Shown: piece by piece, positions 25,161-38,350 of the stretch | Numbering within the stretch: position 1 is the stretch's first letter | Layout of the letters: each line of letters starts with the position of its first letter | The notes under the pieces: model-generated | The model's input: the letters and a program-made list of their open reading frames with translations, nothing else | What the model was told of the DNA's origin: nothing | The model's database searches: none | Assembly: GCF_035084215.1 (NCBI RefSeq) | Contig: NC_090346.1 | Location: 10,106,001 to 10,170,000 of the forward strand | DNA length: 64,000 nt | Source of the DNA: Heptranchias perlo | Taxonomy: Eukaryota | Direction of reading: 5' to 3' | Translations under genes and position numbers: made by a program

Positions 25161-26437
25161 CAATCCTAATATGAAGAGACGTAGATATACTGGGATGTCA
25201 ACACACATATAACTATCGACACTGAAAAGTGAGTTGTAGTAATCATTCTGCAGTCATTCCTATTCCTGTTATTAACACATTCAGCTCAGTTATTGTCAAG
25301 ATTATTTTATCGCTGACAAAACTCGGCCAATGTCCTCAATTGACGTCGTCAGCAGCCGCTGAAAGCTGTAATGCACCAATTAATATAGAACATGTGCAGG
25401 TTCATGATTGATCTTAACAGGCGAGGCTACCCATTCTCGCAAGCGTACATAAGCAAAACATTTACTGCAGCCTCATTAACATCAAAGTGTAGATCTTCAA
25501 AGACCAAGTAGCCAATATTGGCCAATGCAATTTCTTTGTACACAGTGTGACATGACTTTCATTGCATTCTTTTTAAATATACTATTGAAGTGTATTCAAG
25601 TTGCCTACAAATAGTGCTCACTGATTGGTGCGATATGGTGGGATGCAGGATTATGGTGTGATCTCAGCTGTACTGTCCAGAACACTATGGTGAAGAGGCT
25701 AAGCCCTTCTGGGAGAGAAAACAGAATGGCTTGTTCTCCCTGTTCCACACACCAGTTGAGTTGAGAGGGCATGTTTCCTGCCCCCATACTCTCCACCAGT
25801 GCCACTCTTTAACCAGTCCCTAACAGATCCATTGCTGAGGGAAAAAGCTCTCCCATTTTTCCTCCCTCTGTCCCAGAAGAATGAGTGCATTTTAAAGTAA
25901 TGCATTGATGGTGAGCACTTTGGGACATCCTGAGGACGTGAAAGGCGTTATATAAATGCAAGCTTTTTCTTTCTTAGACCGTTGAGATTGTTTTGTACTG
26001 TGGTGATGGAAACAGATTCATTAGTAGCTTTCAAAAGGGAATTGGATAAATACTTGAAAAGGAAAAATTTGCAGGGCTATTGGGAAAGAGCAGGGGAGTG
26101 GGACTAATTGGACAGCTCTTTCAAAGAGCTGGCACAGGCACGATGGGCCAAATGGCCTCCTTCTGTGCCTCAATGATTCTATGTTGTAGCTGCTGGAGTT
26201 ATAATGCAATAAAGAGTTATAACAGTCCACACAATATAATTAAGTACCCAAACTGGTTTGAATTGGTCCTGAGAACAGTGTTGAACTTGTGGATATTTGT
26301 GCAAAGACTTACAAGGCAAGTGTAAGTGCAAGTGTGCATTCGTCACACAAGTTCTTTATAGTGTGATCACTAAACAGGAAAGTGAATATCATAGTGGTTT
26401 GAAGCACGTTGTATGTGATATCGTATATTTCTTTTGA

Positions 26438-26735
26438 GGCCCCGTCTGATCTCTCAGGTGGACATAAAAGATCCCACGGCACTATTTTGAAGAAGAGCAG
26501 GGGAGTTCTCCCGGTGTCCTGGCCAATGTTTATCCCTCAACCAACATCACTAACAAAATCAGATTATCTGGTCATTATCACATTGCTGTTGTGGGACCTT
26601 GCTGTGTGCAAATTGGGTGTCGCGTTTCCTACATTACAACAGTGACTACACTTCAAAAGTAGTTCATTGGTTGTAAAGTGCTTTGGACGTCCTAGGGTCT
26701 TGAAAGGCCCTATATAAATGCCAATCTTTCTTTTC
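26438..26735 (+). mobile_element. SacSINE1-like Deu-SINE (5' truncated)
   Basis: Deu core plus L2-derived tail ending tatataaatgc. Confidence 0.85.
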
Positions 26736-28467
26736 TTTCCTTTTACCATGCAGCATTAATACCCTTTTCCACACCAATTGCATTTGAAGGCTGCAGAAGA
26801 TGATTTACTAAAAATACCCTGATATATGTCAAGTGTCATGTAGGAGCAAGCACTCAGGTTTATTTAGTCTTTGGATTCAACAAGCTTTTAGATTCAAGTT
26901 GTTGAGATCCCACATTATGTTGCCCTCAATGATTCGATGGTGTTGAAAAGTATCCACTTCTTTATTCTGGGGGAAACTTCCCAGGCTGTGGCTGAGGGGA
27001 TAGGTGGGGGTCACTGATGTCTCCATAATCTCTGACAATGACGGCCTGGTAATCAGCAGGGTGTAGGGTGCTGTTGTCAGACCTGAGTTAGAATCCCTTT
27101 TGATCTTCCCTCTTCCCCCTGCCCTCCTCACTCTGAGGGAAGGCAGATGCTGGACTGAAAATGACAGCAGCCAACTTCATGTAAGAAACGCAGTCAATAA
27201 GGTGACCTCCACATTTCTAATAGAGCTCATTAAAACTAAAGAAAACATTACAAAAATGACCATAAATTTCCTTTAGTAGATTTTTAAAGTATCTGGTTGG
27301 GGATGAGATTGGTGGTTATTAATCGATGGATGTAGACTGACATGATGATATGGGACCTCTTCTGATGGTGGTGGGGTGGGGGAGGTAACCAGTGACTTAT
27401 AGGGAGTAATTTTCTGAGTCTGTGCTAGTGAGGAGAACTGCTGCAACTTTCACTACATTGATTTCAAAGGATGCAAGATGGTGGTTTTTGGGTATGTGCT
27501 GATAGCTGGTGAGACTCTCCTCCACCACCATAGAATCATAGAGATTTACAGCACAGAAGGAGGCCATTCAGCCCATCATGTCTGTGTCAGCCAAAAAGGA
27601 GCTATCCAGCCTAATCCCACTTTCCGGCTCTTGGTCCGTAGCCTTGTAGGTTACGGCACTTCAAGTGCACATCCAAGTAATTTTTAAATGCGATGAGGGT
27701 TTCTGCCTCTACCACCTTTTCAGGCAGTGAGTTCCAGACTCCCACCACCGTGTACTTAGAAAGTCACCCCCTTAATATAAAACACACATAGAGTAAAACC
27801 ACCAAGCAGCACTGGAAACAGTTATATCTCTTTGTAAGAAATATTATCGCTGCATAATTCAGATGACAGGTTTGTCCTTTAATGGAGTAAACTGTGAAGC
27901 AAATCTTCTAATTCAAAACGATGAAATCTGTGCCTAATTTATGAACAGCATCAACAATATTTATCAATTGATATTCTGTGTTCAGGTTGAAATGCTAATA
28001 CAGCAGTGAGCAACAATGCAAACTCCCATTACGTTTGAATTCATTGGAATGTTAATTTATATTTGGGGACAATTATCCCGAGGGATTGTCAGAGATAAAA
28101 TGTTTATTAATTTAATAACCCTTGCTTAAAGGGAAAAAAATGACACAAAGCATTAAACTATCATTAGTGCAGTTAAGCATTAAACTGCAAATTAATTATA
28201 AAATCAGTGTAATTACTAGCATTATTTCATTCCTCCATTGAAAAATTCCCACACTGACATCAAAAGGTAAGACAGTGGGTGGTTTAGTCTCACTGGGATG
28301 ATATTTGCACTCCTTTTCTCTGCTCTTCTCCTGAACTGAAGTTTGCTACTTTACAGCTTCACGAATGGCAGCAGCCTTCCCAGTGGCCCTTACTTATATG
28401 TGAGCTTCAACAGGTCATGGAGTGTTGTGGAGGGAATCACAGTTGATTTCAATCTGGCCTGCACTCA

Positions 28468-28819
28468 GTTAGTTAGTGTCAGTTAGTAGTATTGTCACCT
28501 CTGAGTCAGAAGGTTGTGGGTTCAAGTCCCATCCCAGAGAATTAAGCACAGGGTGCCACTCCAGTGCAGTACTGAGGGAGTGCTGCATTGTTGGAGGTGC
28601 CGTCTTTTTGATGAGATGTTAAAATGAGGCCCCGTCTACCTGCTCAGGTGGACGTGAAAGTTCCCATGGCAGTATTCGAAGAAGAGCAGGGTGAGTTCTC
28701 CCCAGTGTCCTGGCCAATATTTATCATGAAGTAAACAGATTATTTCATCATTTTCTGTTTGTGGGACCTTGCTGTGCCCATGTTGGCTGCCATGTTTCCT
28801 ACACTACAACAGTGACTAC
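28468..28819 (+). mobile_element. SacSINE1-like Deu-SINE, interrupted by the Harbinger element; resumes at 32109-32158
   Basis: tRNA-like head (ggttcaagtccc B-box) and Deu core; ...acagtgactac | acttcaaaa junction. Confidence 0.85.
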
Positions 28820-29078
28820 GGGCCCAGTATTAGGAGGGAGGCGGGCTGGCAGTGGGGGGTCGACTGGGCGCGTGGGTAACGCGCCCAGTGAAATCGGGGT
28901 GCTCCACACGCGAGTGCAGCCTAATTGAAGGTACTCACGCGTGCTTCTGGGTTTCCCGTTGCAGACCTGCGCAGCGGGCGCACTGCGCACCCGCGTCACA
29001 GGCTGTCAGCAGGAGGAGCCCTATTTAAAGGGGCAGTCCTCCAATGCTCCTCCTGCAGCAAAGAAGCAAAGTAATAGA

Positions 29079-30922
29079 ATGGAGTAGGCTGCTACAAGGT
29101 TTTGTGACTCCTCACTCCAGGTGCTGCTCGATGGGGTGAGGAGGAGGAGGGAAACGTTTTTCCCATCAGATGGGAGGAGGTGGCCTGCCTCCGCCACCAA
29201 GAAGACCTGGCTGGAGGTGGCCGAGGAGGTCAGCAGCAGCGGCAATGTGTGCAGAACCTGGGTCCAGTGCAGGAAGCGCTTTAATGACCTAACCAGGTCA
29301 GTCAAAGTGAGTACACTTACGCATTCTCCCACACTCCGTCTTCCACATCACCTCCACCACCGCACAACTCCTTCTGTACTGCCACCATAACGCTCTCGCA
29401 TCACTCCTCACATCCACTCAAACATTATCCTCACCTTGCCTGCACTTATTCACCGCCCCAGTTCCCATTCGAACATTACCACGAAACCCAATCCTCATAC
29501 AATCTCATGGCGATGTCTCACACGCACCCTCCCACGCATCTCCCTCACGCTCACCCCCACCCACACCAATGCATGCAGCGGGTCACCATGCAACCATCGT
29601 TCAATCACGCCTCTCTGTGTTTTGCCGTGATAGGAGAAGAGATGCCAGAATGCCCGGGAGAGGGCAAGGACTGGAGGGGGCCCGCCACACCAGGTGGTCT
29701 TAACAGACGCGGAGCAGCAGGCAATGGAAATAAGCCGCACGCTGGAGTGCCTGTCCGTGGCAGACGCCGAGACTGGGAGTGCACAAACGGCTGGTGACAG
29801 AAACCTAACACTCAGCACTCATTATAGCGAATGATCTTAGCATCACTTGGCATCTGCAGCACCTCAACATCTGTCCATATGCTTAATATTGCTTTCTGTT
29901 CTCTTGCAGGGCCATCTGCGAGCGCCGTGACTGCGGAGGGCGATTCCTCAGAGGACCTGCCGGCCTCTGAGGGGGCATCGTCACATCTGAGCCAGCCATC
30001 CACCAACGCAGATACACACACTTCGGTGGGTCCCCGTCCTCACTTAGTTGGGCTTGCACATGGTCAGTCACCACACACATGAGCACGAGCAGACCCTGGT
30101 GGCAGCGGCAGCTGTGGAGAGCACTCTTCTCCAGGCTCTGCTCAGCTGGACCCAGATGCTGAACCCTGGGGGCCAGCCGTGAAAAGGAGAGTCATCGAGG
30201 GCCAGCAGCACATTGCCGAGGTACTGGAACAGGTGCCACGCGCACTCTCCACTATCGTGCAGAGGATGGAGGAGTCCAACTCCTGCATGAGTGGAATGGT
30301 GGCACAGGTACAGGAGGGTATCTCCGAGATAGTGTCGCAGGGATGTGAAGGCATCTCTGAGATAGTGTCGCGGGTAGGTGTGGGAATGTCTGCAATGGAG
30401 GAAAGTCTAGCCTCCATCGAGCTTCAAGCACGGCTCAACAATGAGTCCATTCAGGCCCTGACAACGGCCGTTCGGATTCAGGGTGAGCAACATTCTGCTG
30501 CCTCAAACAGACTGACAGATACCTTACAACTGGCCTTCCAAGGCTTCACACAAGTCCTCCAAACTGTCGCCAAGCAGGGTGCAAGGAGTGATGTGGGCCT
30601 GGGCTAGGAGAGGGATGATGGCGAAAGGGGACATGGAAGTGGGGACTCCACTCAAAGCGCTCCCACGTCTCACCCGTTGCCCCCGTCTCAACCAGTACCC
30701 ACAATTCTGCCTCCTCTCCAGGTGGCCGAGTCTGCCCCTGCACAGGTGCAGGTGGAGCAGTCTTTGGAGGGGCCCTCACGGGCACCGAAATCCAGAGGGC
30801 GTCCGTGCAAAGCATTTCATCGATCAGGGCATGGACAAGAGCAACCTGCCACTACCTCTGCTGAAGCCACAGGGGTAGCACCACGTAGGGGTTCCTGTAA
30901 ATGTAAAGCTAAAGTTTTGTGA
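29079..30922 (+). pseudogene. Harbinger Myb/SANT-like DNA-binding protein gene, 3 exons (29079-29306, 29634-29793, 29910-30922), with stops and a frameshift
   Basis: RFCDSSLQVLLDGVRRRRETFF...KKTWLEVAEEV...RTWVQCRKRFNDL; GT-AG introns; exon 2 EKRCQNARERARTGGGP; TAG at codon 3. Confidence 0.85.
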
Positions 30923-31112
30923 GCACAAAGGGGATGCACAAGGGTGTAAGACAGAATGCCATGTTTTTCATTTAGTTTGTTTGTTTTGCCAAGCACATTA
31001 AAATTTGTTATCACCATTACTGCCACGTCTTTGCAAATCTTGTCTGGTTTGTGCAATAATGCCCTTTCCTGAGGATCACTATGAAGACCCACAACTGATG
31101 CTACCCATTGTG

Positions 31113-31589
31113 TCACTGCAGAGTGGGTGTAGGTGTATTTGCAGGGCTCTTTTGTGCAGGCGACTGAGAGACGTCGGCAATGTCCCCAGTGGCACCCTGG
31201 AAGGATCCGGAGGAGAAGTTGTTGAGGGCAGTGGTGACTTTGACAGCGACAGGTAAGAAGATGGTGCTCGGGCCAGCTGGGAGCAGCTCGGCATCAAAGA
31301 GGCTGCAGGTGTCCACGACTACATGTCGAGTGTCTCTGAGCCTCCGTGTGCACTGCTGCTCAGAGAGGTCCAGGAAGCTGAGCCTCGGTCTGCAGACCTT
31401 GTGGCGAGGGTAGTGCCCTCTGCGACGCATCTCTCTCTGCGGTTGCCCTCCCTCCTGCTGTGCAGGTGGATGTGTCACAGCACTGTGTTGTGGAGCTCCA
31501 CGTGTCAGAGGTGGACGTTGCGGCCGGCAAGGCTGGTGATGCTGTTCGTCCTCCGATGAGGTCATGACTGCAGCTATGGCGGCCCCCAT
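31113..31589 (-). pseudogene. HARBI1-like Harbinger transposase N-terminus, truncated before the DDE core
   Basis: RPRLSFLDLSEQQCTRRLR...LPVAVKVTTALNNFSSGSFQGATGDIADVSQS is the typical Harbinger transposase HTH region. Confidence 0.88.
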
Positions 31590-32884
31590 CCGGAAGATGT
31601 ACATCTGAGGGGGTCCGCAAGGTAGGTAAATGTGTCTGCACATCAGGGTTGAGGTTCCAAGTTGGTGAATTTTATTGTTAGGAGGAGGGTGGTGGAGGCC
31701 AAACTTTGTCCAAAGTGACAGAGTGGCCTCCTGCAATGAGTGAGGGTCTCCCCCCACTACCTGTCAAATGGACCTTTGCAGCTCCCACAGGCTGGTGGCT
31801 GCAACACATCTGTTTCAACTGGGAGTGTTTCCCCCAGTACGGGAAACACGCTCAGTTGATATGAAGATCCCACCCCTCCTAAAATATCCTCCCAATCAGG
31901 TCTGCAATTGACCTGAACTATCTAATTAATTGGTTTAAGTGGGGTGGGAGTCCCGCATGCGGGGGCTGGCCCCACATCTAAGCGCATCATTGGGGAACCC
32001 GGAAGTGGGCGGGTTGGAGCCGGGCTCCGGACCCGCCCCGGGAATTCCCAATTTTAGCAGCCCCCCCGCTAAGAAACCCACCCGCTTGGCCATCCGAAAA
32101 TCGACCCCTACACTTCAAAAATAATTAGTTAGCTGTGAAGGGCTTTGGGACGTCCTGAGTGTCTGCCTCAGCTCTCTCGAGCACGATGCCCAGCCGAGAG
32201 TTAAAATCGGGGCAAACTTGTCTTTTCCACCCCATGACACTTCCCCAGGACAGACCGGGAATGAAACCTGGGAACTTCTTATTCCGTATGTCTCAGTCCC
32301 TCCTCAGACAGTGCGGTTACCAACTGAGGGAACCAGAAAAGCCCTTTCTAATTTCTTTTCAGGTAAAACATGATTCAATCCCTTGAGTTTTTTTTGTAAC
32401 TCTCCTTTGCTACATAACCTTGACGGTCTTGTTCTAAATATATTGCGCAGCATGATGAGCTATTGTAAGTGCAAAAAGGAAAGAAATTAAACAACAATGG
32501 ATGTGTGGAAGGCCAGAAGGGAGCCTGATTGAAGGACAAGAGTATAGACCAAGATATTGTGTGTTATGGTTGCCCTGAATCAAAGCTGCAAGTTTGTTAT
32601 TGTACCTTGGTTACTTTTTTGAGTAATTTGCAGTAGTTCAAAATATGAATTCCTGATGGATGTGAATTTGTGTGGGTTTTGACGTAGATCAACAAGGTCA
32701 TTTCATTGTTCATCAAGTTACGGTGTTGCTACGTTGTTCCATCTCAATGGCATTGTGTGGAAAAGTAAGCGACATGTAATCAATAAAATTCCAAGCATAA
32801 TTCAAACAATTCCAGGAGTGAGATGTACAAGGTTAATGTAGAGAATCGTGACAAGCTAAATAAAGCATAAAAGATGGTTTACTG

Positions 32885-33105
32885 TGGCCTGGACTAATAG
32901 TCCAGAGAACGTGAGTTCGAATCCCACCATGGCGGTTTGAGAATTTGAATTCAGTTTGAAAAGAACCTGGAAATAAAAAGCTGGTATCAGTAAAAGTGAC
33001 CATGAAGCTGTCAGAGTATCATAAAATCCCACCTGGTTCATGAATGTCCTTTAGGAAAGCAAACCTGCTGTCCTTACCCGGTTTGGCCTATATGTGACTC
33101 CAGTT
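32885..33105 (+). mobile_element. tRNA-derived SINE of a second shark family (related head at 19135-19235)
   Basis: ggactaat..tccagag..gagttcgaatcccaccatggc head and body shared between the copies. Confidence 0.65.
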
Positions 33106-33259
33106 CCACAGGCCCATAACCTGTTTTAGGACCCCTAGTCAAAAACTAGGCAGAGTTTGTACCATGCAAGCTATGACTAAGTTCTCCAGTTCTGCAGATG
33201 CCCAACCAGCGGTCCTTAAAGGGACCGCTGGAGTTCGCCAAAGACCAGTAAGTTTCTAG

Positions 33260-34941
33260 GGGGTTAAATTCGCTAACCCCCGAATCTGGGCGCGGGGGTC
33301 ATGGTACGCGATTAACCCGCGCCCGGCCGTTAGGATGCAGGCAGCATGTGAGATTCGTGCTCCCTGGTCATTTACCTGATTCTGCCAAGCAGCCAGGCTG
33401 GGCTGCGCTGTTGAATGGCTTCTCACCAGCAGTGGGGCCCAGATATCGCATGAGTTGCTCGCACCTCTTAAAGGCAGCCTGCACCTCTTATTTGCAAAAT
33501 ATAAGATACGGGTCCGCATGGACTCTGAACAGAGATCAGACATCGCACACGTAAACCACAGATGCAGGTCCCATCCCTATGTTTACAAACTGTTGAGTTA
33601 TGTTAAAACATTGAATAAAGGTTGCGCACTACTAAATCCTACATCCTCCAATCTGCATGCCAGACCTCATGAATCTGCTGATCTGAGTTTGTACCGTGCC
33701 TGCAAGAGAGCGTGCACCAAGTATTCTCTGCTGATGCACTAGAGGCCTTGGTGCAAGAGGTGGACAGAAGGAGGGGCATCCTATATCTGCAAGGGGGCAA
33801 GAGGCCCTCCGGACATATGCTCAAGAGGCAGTGGGAGGCAGTAGGGAACGAAGTCAATGCTAGGCGCATAGCACCATGAACATGGATGCAGTGCAGGAAG
33901 AAGTTCAGTGCTTTGACATGAATGGTCACGGTGAGTGAGATGGACTGTCAAGTGGCGTCTCCTACCAACTACACCACTAGCCGCATCCACCGGTCCACAC
34001 ACTACACCCCCCATCACCCACATACCAACAAACTCTTTCAATCAGTACTCAATTCTTCCAGTTAGATGCTTCCTCTCATCCTCACACATTACCACTGTTG
34101 CAAGCCGCACACACACAACTCACAGGTCACACACACTGGCAGCTATTCAACCATGGCAGGCACACCACCCAAACATCCTGCAGGACACTCACCGACCCAT
34201 GTCCTACTTTCTTGCAGGAGAAGGTGGTGCATAACAGGAGGCAGCAAATGGCAGTGGCATTTAGCCCGTCGAGCCTGTTCCGCCATTCATTGAGATCATG
34301 GTTGATCTGTGACCTCACTCCATATACCCGTCTTAGCCCCATATCCCTTAATACCCTTGCTTAACGAAAATCTATCAATCTCAGATTTAAAATTAACAAT
34401 TGAGCTAGCATCAACTGCCATTTGCAGAAGAGCGTTCCAAACTTCTCCCACCCTTTGCGCGTAGAGTCATTTCCTAACTTCACTCCTGCAAGTCCTGGCT
34501 CTAATTTTAGGCTATGTCCCTAGTGCTAGTATTCAAGTATAGGAGACCTCCAAAAACAGGTACAAATGCATTGTATCAGCAGCCAGAAGCAATAATCCAG
34601 CAACTAACCTGTAAATCCTGCATGGTCCCTTTAAATAGCGCTGGTGGGGGGTCCCCCAGGCCGTGTATGACCTGTTCAGCTGTACGTGGTTAAGACAGTG
34701 TGTTAGCTAGAGCGTTGAGTTCCAAAATCGTATCTGTCCCTTTAAATCACCGTTGCATGCTGATCTAACGCATATTCTCTTTACTTTACATGGTACCGGC
34801 ATTTGTTATCTGCACGTGCGCAAACGCCTTTACCGAGATGGCGTCCGGCACATGTCACACTAGAAGCGTGCATGCGCATTCCGGACTCCATTTTGGGGCC
34901 TTAGGAGGCCACGCAGCGCCTGACAGACGGGTGCTAGCCCC
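33260..34941 (+). mobile_element. Second non-autonomous Harbinger element with a Myb/SANT pseudogene, nested in an older MITE-like repeat
   Basis: TSD tag (33257-33259, 34942-34944) with GGGG...CCCC ends; 33700-33931 encodes ALEALVQEVDRRRGILY...QWEAVGNEVNA...WMQCRKKF then gtgagt; exon 2 (EKVVHNRRQQ) is cut by a CR1 3' fragment at 34258-34520. Confidence 0.78.
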
Positions 34942-35609
34942 TAGTTTTTAACTTTTAAAAAGTTTCCTTAATGTGGAGCCAAGAGGAACAGGAATTCTCC
35001 TCCTGCCTCCACAGCCATGTGCTGGCTCGCGTTCGCCCCTCCACCCGATCGCCTCCCCTCTTCCCCCTTCTCCCAGGGCCTACTGACCTACATTCATCTC
35101 CACTTTGCCTGCCACGTATCCCCAGGCAGCTGGACGGAGTTATGAAAATGAGGCCTGAGGCCCAATGTCAATCGGGCCTCAAGCCTACCAGTCCCGGTAC
35201 AGGGATTGTCCGCTGCGCCCAGCTCATGCTGGCCTAGCAAATGAATTTCTACCCCATGAAGTGCAAAATGGGCCTTTAAAGGCCTTTTCAACTCTGGAGT
35301 GAATTGAAGTGAGATTCCCTGTCTCAGCGAATCTCATTCTGTTTTGCTCTGGTACCAGCTCGGGCTCTGACTCTAGATTCAGGCTGCATTTACACTATAA
35401 CTGTAGCAACAATGCAATGTGAAACTACTTCACACTGATACACAGTCGTGTAAATACACACTCACACTTTTCTATCAATGTTTACATTTTTAAAAAACCC
35501 AATTCTGAATAATCTGCTGACATTTACCACCTAGTCTCCCGCATGAAGAATGGCCCCTTGGTACCGGGGGAGGGGTGGGAGCCAGCGCCCAGGGAACTGT
35601 ATCCCAGCA

Positions 35610-37676
35610 TTAATCAACATTTTGCTGATGATTGAGAGTAGACTGATGGGGCGGTAATTGGCCGGATTGGATTTGTCCTGCTTTTCGTGGACAGGGCATA
35701 CCTGGGCAATTTTCCACATTGTCAGGTAGATGCCAGTGTTGTAGCTGTACTGGAAACAGCTTGGTTAGAGGTGCAGCTAGTTCTAGAGCACAAGTCTTCA
35801 GCACTACAGCTGGGATGTTGTCGGGGCTCATAGTCTTTGCTGTATCCAGTGCACTCAGCCATTTCTTGACATCACGTGGAGTGAATCGAATTGGCTGAAG
35901 ACTGGCTTCTGTGATGGTGGGGATATCGGGAGGAGGCCGAGATGGATCATCCACTCGGCACTTCTGGCTGAAGATGGTTGCAAACGCTTCAGCCTTGTCT
36001 TTTGCACTCATGTGCTGAACTCCGCCAACATTGAGGATGGGGATGTTTACAGAGCCTCCTCCTCCCGTTAGTTGTTTAATTGTCCACCACCATTCACGAC
36101 TGGATGTGGCAGGACTGCAGAGCTTTGATCTGATCCATTGGTTGTGGAATCGCTTAGCTCTGTCTATAGCATGTTGCTTCCGCTGTTTAGCATGCATGTA
36201 GTCCTGAGTTGTAGCTTCACCAGGTTGGCACCTCATTTTTCAGTACGCCTGGTGCTGCTCCTGGCATGCTCTTCTACACTCCTCATTGAACCAGGGTTGA
36301 TCCCCTGGCTTGTTGGTAATGGTAGAGTGAGGAATATGCCGGGCCATGAGGTTACAGATTGTGCTGGAATACAATTCTGCTGCTGCTGATGGCCCACAGC
36401 GCCTCATGGTTGCCCAGTTTTGAGCTGCTAGATCTGTCCTGAATCTATCCCATTTAACTCAGTGGTAGTGCCACACAACATGTTGGATGGTGTCCTCAGT
36501 GCGAAGACGGAACTTCATCTCCACGAGGACTGTGTGGTGGTCACTCCTACCAATACTGTCATGGACAGATGCATTTGCGACAGGTAGATTGGTGAGGACG
36601 AGGTCAAGTAAGTTTTTCCCTCGTGTTGGTTTGCTCACCACCTGCCGCAGGCCCAGTCTGGCAGCTATGTCCTTCAGGACTCGGCCAGCTCGGTCAGTAG
36701 TGGTGCTACTGAGCCACTCTTGGTGATGGACATTGAAGTCCCCCACCCAGAGTACATTCTGTGCCCTTGCTACCCTCAGTGCTTCCTCCAAGTGGTATTC
36801 AACATGGAGGAGGACTGATTCATCAGCTGAGGGAGGGCGGTAGGTGGTAATCAGCAGGAGGTTTCCTTGCCCATGTTTGACCTGATGCCATGAGATTTCG
36901 TGGGGTCCAGAATCAATGTTGAGGACTCCCAGGGCCACTCCCTCCTGACTGTTTATCACTGTACCTCTGGTCGGTCTGTCCTACCGGTGGGACAGGACAT
37001 ACCCAGGGATGGTGATGGAAGAGTCTGGGACGTTGGCTGAAAGGTATGATTCTGTGAGTATGGCTATGTCAAGCTGTTGCTTGACTAGTCTGTGGGACAG
37101 CTCTCCTGATTTTGGCACAAGTCCCCAGATGTTAGTGAGGAGGACTTTGCAGGATCGACTGGGCTTGGTTTGCCTTTGTCGTGTCCGATGCCTAGTGGTC
37201 CGATGCCGGGTGGTCCGTCCGGTTTTATTCTTATAGATGCCAGTGTTGTAGCTGTACTGGAACAGTTTGGCTAGAGGCGCAGTTGGTTCTGGAGCACAAG
37301 TCTTCAGCACTACAGCCGGGATGTTGTTGGGGCCCATAGCCTTTGCTGTATCCAGTGCAGTCAGCCGTTTCTTGATATCACGTGGAATGAATCAAATTGA
37401 CTGAAGACTGGCTTCCGTGATGGTGGGGATATCGAGAGGAGGCCGAGATGGATCATCCACTCGGCACTTCTGGCTGAAGCTGGTTGCAAACGCTTCAGCC
37501 TTGTCTTTTGCACTCACGTGCTGGACTCCACCATCATTGAGGATGGGGATGTTTACAGAGCCTCCTCCTCCCGTTAGTTGTATAATTGTCCATCACCATT
37601 CACGACTGGATGTGGCAGGACTGCAGAGCTTTGATCTGATCCGTTGGTTGTGGAGTCGCTTAGTTCTGTTTATAGA
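35610..37676 (-). mobile_element. Rearranged CR1-group LINE (APE + linker + RT start), same family as 14314-16107
   Basis: LLTNIWGL, LTESYL, YRPPS, VGDFNVHH, LDLVLTN, SDHH, then NYRPISLLS; 37232-37676 repeats 35727-36167. Confidence 0.88.
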
Positions 37677-37959
37677 GGTCGAAGATCAACCATGATCTGA
37701 TTGAATGGCAGAGCAGGTTCGAGGGGCCGCATGCTCTACTCCTGCTCCTATTTCTTATGTTTTCATGTTCTTATATTGGTGATCTGTGAGAGTAATTTTA
37801 TAATTTACTTTCCCGCCCCTTGCCTTTAGGTGTCCCCACCCCCCCCCCACTCACCAGCTAACAGCAGTGTGCCAATGTGCCCACAGTACCTGTTGGACCT
37901 GCTGATAGGAAATGCATAGAGTTGACTGGGTGACTCACAATCAGCTCTGCCCTATCAGG

Positions 37960-38350
37960 GCAGCCTTGGCTCAGTTGGTAACACTTTCACCTCTGAGCCA
38001 TAATGTCATGGGTTCAAGTCCCACTCCAGAGACTTGAGCACATGATCCAGGCTGACACTCCAGGAGAGTGCTGCATGTTGGAGCTCCTGTATGCCCTCAA
38101 GTGTGAACAAAAAGATCCCATGGCACTAGTTCAAAGGAGAGCAGAGGAGTTCTCCTGTGTCATGGCCAATATTTACCATCAAAATAAACAAATGATTTCA
38201 TAATTTATCTCATTGCTATTTGTGGGATCTTGCTGTGCTTACATTGGCTGGCTACATTACAACAGTGCTGATGCTTCAAAAGTCCTTCATTGGCTGTAAA
38301 GGGCTTTGGGGTTGCGAAAGGCGCTAGATAAATGCAAGTTCTTTCTCCTT
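37960..38350 (+). mobile_element. SacSINE1-like Deu-SINE, degenerate
   Basis: tggctcagttgg A-box, ggttcaagtccc B-box, Deu core and tail. Confidence 0.8.

Larger units (their letters stand above)
28820..32108. mobile_element. PIF/Harbinger DNA transposon, internally deleted, 3.3 kb
   Basis: 3-bp TSD tac (28817-28819, 32109-32111) inside a SINE; GGG...CCCC ends; convergent Myb/SANT gene and HARBI1-like transposase. Confidence 0.9.

Noticed and set aside
24613-25208. Repetitive ORFs on the minus strand
   Set aside because: Products of the 24-bp minisatellite
31113-31757. Host HARBI1 gene
   Set aside because: Lies inside a TSD-flanked transposon and is truncated before the catalytic domain
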